Assembly (NCBI RefSeq): GCF_000195955.2
Contig: NC_000962.3
Span: 480,001 to 512,000, forward strand
Source of the DNA: Mycobacterium tuberculosis H37Rv
GTDB lineage: Bacteria; Actinomycetota; Actinomycetes; Mycobacteriales; Mycobacteriaceae
Direction: 5' to 3'
DNA: 32,000 bases
Shown here piece after piece: positions 25,086 through 32,000 of the stretch; the stretch's first letter is position 1; each line of letters begins with the position of its first letter. A program made the position numbers and the translations under genes. The notes under the pieces are model-generated. The model made no database searches and was not told where the DNA came from. It was given only the letters and a program-made list of their open reading frames with translations.

Positions 25086-26582
25086 ATGCATGGTCGCGGG
25101 CGGTATCGACCTCTGGTCCGCTGTGTTCGCCCTCGCCGGGTGGCCGCGTCGGTGCGGACCCCGATCGCCTGTCTAGCGGCGGTGGTCGTGATAGCCGGCT
25201 GCACGACCGTCGTCGACGGGCGGGCGCTGTCCATCCTCAACGACCCGTTCCGGGTGGGGGGTCTGCCCGCGACCAACGGTCCGAGCGGCGCCCGCCCCGA
25301 CGCACCGGCTGCGTCGGGCACGGTGATCAACACCAACAACGGAGCGATCGACAAGTTGTCGTTGTTGTCGGTCAACGACATCGAGGACTACTGGATGGCG
25401 GTCTACAGCGAATCGCTGAAGGGCACCTTCCGGCCGGTCGGCAAGCTGGTGTCCTACGATTCCAACGACCCAAGTAGTCCGATCGTCTGCCACATTGACA
25501 CCTATCAGCTCGTCAACGCCTTTTTCAGCTCTCGGTGCAACTTGATTGCCTGGGATCGAGGGGTCTTCATGGCGGTCGCGCAAGAATACTTCGGCGACAT
25601 GTCCGTCAATGGTGTGCTGGCACACGAATTCGGGCATGCTCTGCAAGTGATGGCGAATTTGGTTACCAGGAAAGATCCCACCATCGTCCGCGAGCAGCAA
25701 GCGGATTGCTTCGCCGGGGTCTATCTGTGGTGGGTGGCCGAAGGTAAGTCGACACGCTTTACGCTGAGCACCGCGGACGGGCTCGACCACGTGCTCGCCG
25801 GCATCATCACCACCCGAGACCCGGTGATGGAAGCCGATGCGGAAAACGACGACGAACATGGGTCGGCCTTGGATCGGGTCAGCGCGTTCCAGCTGGGCTT
25901 CATCAACGGCACGCCGGCGTGCGCGGCGATCGACGAGGACGAAGTCGAGCGGCGCCGCGGTGACCTGCCGACGGCGTTGCGGGTCGATGCCAGCGGCAAC
26001 CCAGAGACCGGCGAGGTCGGAATCAACGAAGAGACCCTCTCGACGTTGATGGAGTTGATGGGCAAGATCTTCTCGCCGAAGAATCCGCCCACGCTGTCCT
26101 ACCAGCCGGCCGGTTGCCCAGACGCCAAGCCCAGCCCACCGGCCGCCTACTGTCCGGCCACCAACACCATCGTGGTCGACCTGCCCGCCCTGGCGAGGAT
26201 GGGCAAGGTGGCCTCGGCAGCGGAACACAGCCTGCCGCAGGGCGATGACACGTCGTTGTCGATTGTGATGTCGCGGTACGCGTTGGCGGTGCAGCACGAA
26301 CGCGGGCTGCCGATGCAGAGCCCGTGGACCGCCTTACGGACGGCGTGCCTGACCGGCGTTGCGCACCGCAAGATGGCCGTGCCCATCGACCTGCCCTCCG
26401 GCCAGCAACTCGTACTTACCGCGGGTGATCTCGACGAAGCGGTTTCCGGGTTGCTGACCAACCGCATGGTCGCCAGTGACGCCGACGGTGTCAGCGTTCC
26501 GGCCGGTTTCACTCGGATAGCCGCGTTCCGTGCCGGCGTGGGCGGCGACATGGACGCATGCTATGCCCGGTATCCGGGATAG
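25086..26582 (+). CDS. lpqM: Lipoprotein putative zinc metalloprotease (498 aa)
   Basis: Lipobox LAAVVVIAGC and a zinc-binding VLAHEFGHALQVM motif. Confidence 0.9.
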   Translation: MHGRGRYRPLVRCVRPRRVAASVRTPIACLAAVVVIAGCTTVVDGRALSILNDPFRVGGLPATNGPSGARPDAPAASGTVINTNNGAIDKLSLLSVNDIEDYWMAVYSESLKGTFRPVGKLVSYDSNDPSSPIVCHIDTYQLVNAFFSSRCNLIAWDRGVFMAVAQEYFGDMSVNGVLAHEFGHALQVMANLVTRKDPTIVREQQADCFAGVYLWWVAEGKSTRFTLSTADGLDHVLAGIITTRDPVMEADAENDDEHGSALDRVSAFQLGFINGTPACAAIDEDEVERRRGDLPTALRVDASGNPETGEVGINEETLSTLMELMGKIFSPKNPPTLSYQPAGCPDAKPSPPAAYCPATNTIVVDLPALARMGKVASAAEHSLPQGDDTSLSIVMSRYALAVQHERGLPMQSPWTALRTACLTGVAHRKMAVPIDLPSGQQLVLTAGDLDEAVSGLLTNRMVASDADGVSVPAGFTRIAAFRAGVGGDMDACYARYPG

Positions 26583-26971
26583 GACTGGCCCTGATGTTGA
26601 TCGTTGTGCACCCACATCACCAAAAACCCGGTGACCAGCAACCACCCCAGGGCAACGGACGGGATCGCCCAGGCGCGACGTACGAGTAGTGCGGTGTCAC
26701 AACGCGTGACCAGGGCCTGAGTGTTGTCGTTGCCGTCGGCGTACAGCGCCTGGGTGAGGTTGGAGCGCCAGCCGCTGCCACAGGTGACCTTGATGCCATA
26801 CGCATCGTATTGATCCAGGTAGACCGGAAACCACAGCGCCATCAGACCAATGACCGCCAGCAGCAGGCCAGTAATTCCGATGAACATCTGGCGACGATTC
26901 ACGGCTTCTCCATGTCTTGCGATGTGCATTCGGGATTCGGGCGCCGCAGCGCTCGCGTCATGCAAGCGCAA
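26561..26971 (-). CDS. Small transmembrane protein, Rv0420c-like (136 aa ORF; a shorter form from GTG 26902 is possible)
   Basis: Two hydrophobic helices (MFIGITGLLLAVIGLMALWFPV and AIPSVALGWLLVTGFLVMWV). It overlaps the lpqM 3' end by 22 bp, antisense. Confidence 0.78.
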   Translation of the reverse strand: MRLHDASAAAPESRMHIARHGEAVNRRQMFIGITGLLLAVIGLMALWFPVYLDQYDAYGIKVTCGSGWRSNLTQALYADGNDNTQALVTRCDTALLVRRAWAIPSVALGWLLVTGFLVMWVHNDQHQGQSYPGYRA

Positions 26972-27131
26972 ATGCGGGCTTTGCCAACAAAGGCCGGGTG
27001 GCCACGCCCAGGCAAGTTGTGAGGGAGGCCCCCCGGGGCCGCAACCATGTTAACGCGCGTCCGCCTAAGCATTCAGCGCGCCGTGCCCTACCGGCACTAC
27101 GCCCGGGCGTGCGTGCGGAACCTGACAGAGC

Positions 27132-27761
27132 TCACGCTATTTGGCCCGCCGACAGACGTAGCGCCGCATCGACCGCCAGCCTGGCGACATCGAGGGTCTT
27201 CGAGCCCAAGTCATGTCGGGCGCCGGTGATCTCGACGACCTCGGTCGGTGCCGAGACCATCGCCGCGGCGGAACGCACCTGGGCCAGCGTGCCGAACGGG
27301 TCCGCCGTTCCGTGGGTGAACACCGTCGGCACTGCGATCCCCGGCAAGTGCTCGGTACGGACGCGTTCCGGCTTTCCCGGCGGATGGACCGGATAGGAGA
27401 ACAGCGTCAGCACGTCGACCGGTGCCTGCCCGGCCGCCACCACCATGGACGTCTGCCGACCGCCGTAGGAATGTCCCCCGGCGATCAGCGGACCCTCGGC
27501 AAGGCCGCGGCACAGCTGGATCGCTTCGACGATGCCGGCACGGTCGCCTGACCCCGAGCCGGATGGCGGACCGGTGGGTCGGCGTCGGCGGTAGGGCAGG
27601 TTGTAGCGCACGGCCAGCCATCCTCGGCGGGTCCATTCGGCGCAAACCTGTTGCAACAGTGTGGATTCGCGGCTACCGCCCGCGCCGTGGGTAAGGACGA
27701 CTACCCCGTGTGGTGGGCCGGCCGGTTGGTGTGCAACGCCGGCGATCTGATCAAGGTTCAT
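27132..27761 (-). CDS. Alpha/beta-hydrolase-fold protein (209 aa, Rv0421c-like)
   Basis: VVLTHGAGGSRES, AGGHSYGGRQTSMVV nucleophile elbow and a C-terminal GARHDLG. It starts in a 4-nt overlap with thiD. Confidence 0.85.
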   Translation of the reverse strand: MNLDQIAGVAHQPAGPPHGVVVLTHGAGGSRESTLLQQVCAEWTRRGWLAVRYNLPYRRRRPTGPPSGSGSGDRAGIVEAIQLCRGLAEGPLIAGGHSYGGRQTSMVVAAGQAPVDVLTLFSYPVHPPGKPERVRTEHLPGIAVPTVFTHGTADPFGTLAQVRSAAAMVSAPTEVVEITGARHDLGSKTLDVARLAVDAALRLSAGQIA

Positions 27762-28555
27762 GACAGCCGAAACAGCGGCGAAACGGGCCCGTGGCCGCGG
27801 CCCAGTGGATAGGCCGCGCGCAGGCATTCGGTAACCCATCGCTTCCCGAAGTCCACCGCGTCGGGCACGGTGAAGCCGTGCGCCAACGCGGCGGCGATCG
27901 CGGTCGCCAGCGTGTCACCACCGCCATGGTCATCGCCGGTGGGTAGTCGCTGCGCGTCGAACTGGTAGCAGCTGACGCCGTCATAGAGCAGGTCGCAGCT
28001 GCCGTCCGACGAGCGCAGGTGTCCGCCTTTGACCAGCACCCACTGCGGCCCCAGCGCATGCAGGGCTTTGGCCGCCGCACGCTGCGACTCGGCGTCGACT
28101 ACCTCGATATCTACCAGCAGGCGCGCCTCGTCAAGGTTGGGGGTCAGCAGCGTCGCCAACGGGAACAGCTGACCGCGAAGCGAATCCAGGGCAGACGGTG
28201 CCAACAGCGGGTCTCCGTGCATGGATGCGCATACCGGGTCGACGACGAGCGGAACGGACAGCTCGAGCCGACGCCAGGTCGCGGCCACGGTCGCAACGAT
28301 GCGCGACGAGGCCAGCATCCCGGTCTTGGCGGCTTGAACGCCGATGTCGGTGACGACCGCCTCGATCTGGCCGGCCACCACATCGTTGGGAACTTCATGA
28401 ATATCCTTGACTCCCAACGTGTTCTGTACGGTAACCGCCGTGACTGCGACGCACGCGTGCACTCCTAGCAGTGCCATCGTGCGCATATCGGCTTGGATGC
28501 CGGCACCGCCCCCGGAGTCCGATCCGGCGATGCTCAACACCCGCGGCGGCGTCAT
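27758..28555 (-). CDS. thiD: Hydroxymethylpyrimidine (phosphate) kinase (265 aa)
   Basis: VLSIAGSDSGGGAGIQADMRTMALLGVHACVAVTAVTVQNT and GDDHGGGDTLATAIAAALAHG. It sits downstream of thiC. Confidence 0.95.
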   Translation of the reverse strand: MTPPRVLSIAGSDSGGGAGIQADMRTMALLGVHACVAVTAVTVQNTLGVKDIHEVPNDVVAGQIEAVVTDIGVQAAKTGMLASSRIVATVAATWRRLELSVPLVVDPVCASMHGDPLLAPSALDSLRGQLFPLATLLTPNLDEARLLVDIEVVDAESQRAAAKALHALGPQWVLVKGGHLRSSDGSCDLLYDGVSCYQFDAQRLPTGDDHGGGDTLATAIAAALAHGFTVPDAVDFGKRWVTECLRAAYPLGRGHGPVSPLFRLS

Positions 28556-28581
28556 TCCCGGCGGTGCCAGCGGGAGGTAGT

Positions 28582-30325
<1,744 letters not shown>

Positions 30326-30328
30326 CCC

Positions 30329-30334
30329 ACGCTA
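30329..30334 (-). promoter_or_regulatory. Putative -10 (TAGCGT) of the thiC transcript
   Basis: The minus strand reads GCGCTAGCGTGGGGG immediately before the riboswitch, the same GCGCTAGCGTGG string found before the thiO riboswitch. Confidence 0.5.
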
Positions 30335-30376
30335 GCGCAGCGCGGCGCCGGTGTGCACGGACGGCCCGATGCCGCG

Positions 30377-30652
30377 TTAGGCCTCTTCCATCGCCTCGCC
30401 GAGTTCCTCGAGGACCCGGTTGTGGTGGTTATTTGCCAAGATATGTCCGGTGGCGATAACCAGGGCGACCGGCCAGTCGATGAGTTCGAGGGCAGCGAGT
30501 GCCGCCAGACCTCCGTAGTAGGCCAGGTGCTCTGGCCGCGGAATCTTCACTTGGCCGCAGATCGGGAGGTTCATCACAATAGTCTCCGCTTCGCGGATCT
30601 TAGCCACGGCCTCACGCTGAGATGTCGCTCGACGCGTATTCTTTTCGGCCAT
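30377..30652 (-). CDS. Small hydrophobic protein (91 aa, Rv0424c-like)
   Basis: MAEKNTRRATSQREAVAKI...LAYYGGLAALAALELIDWPVALVIATGHILANNHHNRVLEELGEAMEEA. It sits directly downstream of ctpH on the same strand. Confidence 0.75.
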   Translation of the reverse strand: MAEKNTRRATSQREAVAKIREAETIVMNLPICGQVKIPRPEHLAYYGGLAALAALELIDWPVALVIATGHILANNHHNRVLEELGEAMEEA

Positions 30653-30701
30653 CATTTGCCTTTCAGTAACGAAGGGTTTGCCGTTGTGCAGGGTGGTGCG
30701 G

Positions 30702-32000
30702 TCACCGTCGGGGGTATGTCGACGAGGACCGATGCGCTGGCGGACCCTTTGGCTTCGTCGTTTGCCTTGTTGCTGACGGTGCCTTTACTGGAGCTTTACG
30801 CCGTGCTGTGGCGCGTCGGCGTCGTCGAGGTCCGGGGGGCGCACCGGGGGACGCGTCGCGGGAAAGCGCATCGGTCTCGGGTGGTTGCGGGTTCGGCTGG
30901 CCCGATTTGTCCCGACCCGTCAGCACACGGTTCAGCACGGCGACGGCGACGGTCGCAGCAGTCGCGGCTGCTGTCGCCTGCGCCCAGCCGAGTGGGTCGA
31001 GGGGGGTGCAGCCGAGCAACTGGCTGACGACGGGGATGCTGATCAAGGTTGCCAGCGCGGCCAGTGAGCCCAGTGCGGTGAGCACAACCAGCCAGGCATG
31101 CGAGTCCACCAAGGTTTGACCCAACTGAGCGGCCACCAGCGCCACCAGCGCCACCGTGGATGCGCGGCGCGGCAAGCCGGTGAACCCCGCCATCACCCAG
31201 GCCACGGTGGCCGCGGCCGCCGTGGTCGCCCCGCGGATACCGACGGCACGCCATAGCTCGCGTTGATCGGGACCGCGGGTTGCCGGCGTTACCGGGTCGC
31301 TTGGCTTGCTGACCGCGAGCGCCGCCGCGGGCAGTGCGTCGGTCAGCATGTTCACCAGCAGCAGCTGACGGGTGTTCAACGGCGAGGTCCCGGTGATAGC
31401 GCTGCCGATGATGGCAAAGGCCACCTCGCCCGCGTTGCCGCCGAGCAGCACAGACACTGCCGCTTGCACCCGCTGCCAAAGCTGGCGTCCTTCCAGGATT
31501 GCGGGCAGCAATGACTCGATCCGGCCGTCGACCAACACCAGGTCGGCGGCGACTCGGGCCGGGTCGCTGCCGTGGGCGACGACACCGATGCCGACGGTGG
31601 CGGCGCGGATCGCGGCCGCGTCATTGGAGCCGTCGCCGACCATTGCGCACACCCGGCCGCTGTGTTCCAGCGTCTGCACGATCTGTACCTTGTTCTCCGG
31701 TGTCATCCGGGCGAAGATCACCCGCTCGGCTACCGCTCGCTCCTGGTCCTTGCGTGACAGGGCATCCCACTCGGCACCGCTAATGACCTGCTCAGGGCTC
31801 ACTTGCATGCCGAGCTCCTCGGCGATGGCGGCGGCGGTAATCGGGTGATCACCGGTGATCAGCCGGATATCCAGATCGTGCTCGTGCAGGTCCGCAAGTA
31901 GGGCCGCCGCCTGGGCGCGGGGGGTGTCGGACAACCCAAGAAACCCCACCAGACTCAACTCGTCGCGGCACAATCTCGCGATCTCGTCGGGGTCGTCCAC
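30702..32000 (-). CDS. ctpH: P-type cation-transporting ATPase, C-terminal ~430 aa only; 5' part outside the window
   Basis: LVGFLGLSDTPRAQAAALLADLHEHDLDIRLITGDHPITAAAIAEELGM, FARMTPENKVQIVQTLE, VGDGSNDAAAIRAA and C-terminal TM helices. Confidence 0.9.
   Translation of the reverse strand: MDDPDEIARLCRDELSLVGFLGLSDTPRAQAAALLADLHEHDLDIRLITGDHPITAAAIAEELGMQVSPEQVISGAEWDALSRKDQERAVAERVIFARMTPENKVQIVQTLEHSGRVCAMVGDGSNDAAAIRAATVGIGVVAHGSDPARVAADLVLVDGRIESLLPAILEGRQLWQRVQAAVSVLLGGNAGEVAFAIIGSAITGTSPLNTRQLLLVNMLTDALPAAALAVSKPSDPVTPATRGPDQRELWRAVGIRGATTAAAATVAWVMAGFTGLPRRASTVALVALVAAQLGQTLVDSHAWLVVLTALGSLAALATLISIPVVSQLLGCTPLDPLGWAQATAAATAATVAVAVLNRVLTGRDKSGQPNPQPPETDALSRDASPGAPPGPRRRRRATARRKAPVKAPSATRQTTKPKGPPAHRSSSTYPRR

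Noticed and set aside
25173-26297. 374-aa antisense ORF opposite lpqM
   Set aside because: It is Arg/His-rich low-quality translation in the mirrored frame of a clear lipoprotease. GC-bias artefact.

Overview
This is a GC-rich actinobacterial chromosomal window. Gene order and protein lengths match the Mycobacterium tuberculosis complex. From memory it appears collinear with H37Rv about 480001-512000 (Rv0401-Rv0425c); that placement was not checked by alignment. Left to right: the end of a small membrane protein; a lipid locus with mmpL1-mmpS1 diverging from fadD30-pks6; a metallo-beta-lactamase-fold gene; fgd1-pta-ackA; Rv0412c-glnH-pknG (minus strand); mutT3; thiE diverging from thiO-thiS-thiG behind a TPP riboswitch; lpqL and lpqM; Rv0420c; a second TPP riboswitch driving thiC-thiD-Rv0421c; Rv0424c; and the C-terminal part of ctpH. 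No CRISPR array, IS element or tRNA was seen. The observations most worth following are: (1) a structured leader before fadD30, with a TATAGT -10-like box, a perfect 12-bp hairpin, and a 23-codon ORF with a GGAGGAG Shine-Dalgarno; (2) Pks6 with a Pks13-like ACP-KS-AT-ACP-TE layout next to a fatty acyl-AMP ligase and an MmpL/MmpS exporter; (3) an apparently unrecognised DUF2752-like pseudogene between thiG and lpqL, carrying an in-frame TAG; (4) a GC mosaic inside pks6; (5) a 54-bp tandem repeat upstream of fgd1 that accounts for the likely spurious N-terminus of the Rv0406c-type ORF; (6) an 18-bp palindrome made of back-to-back -10-like hexamers between thiE and thiO.
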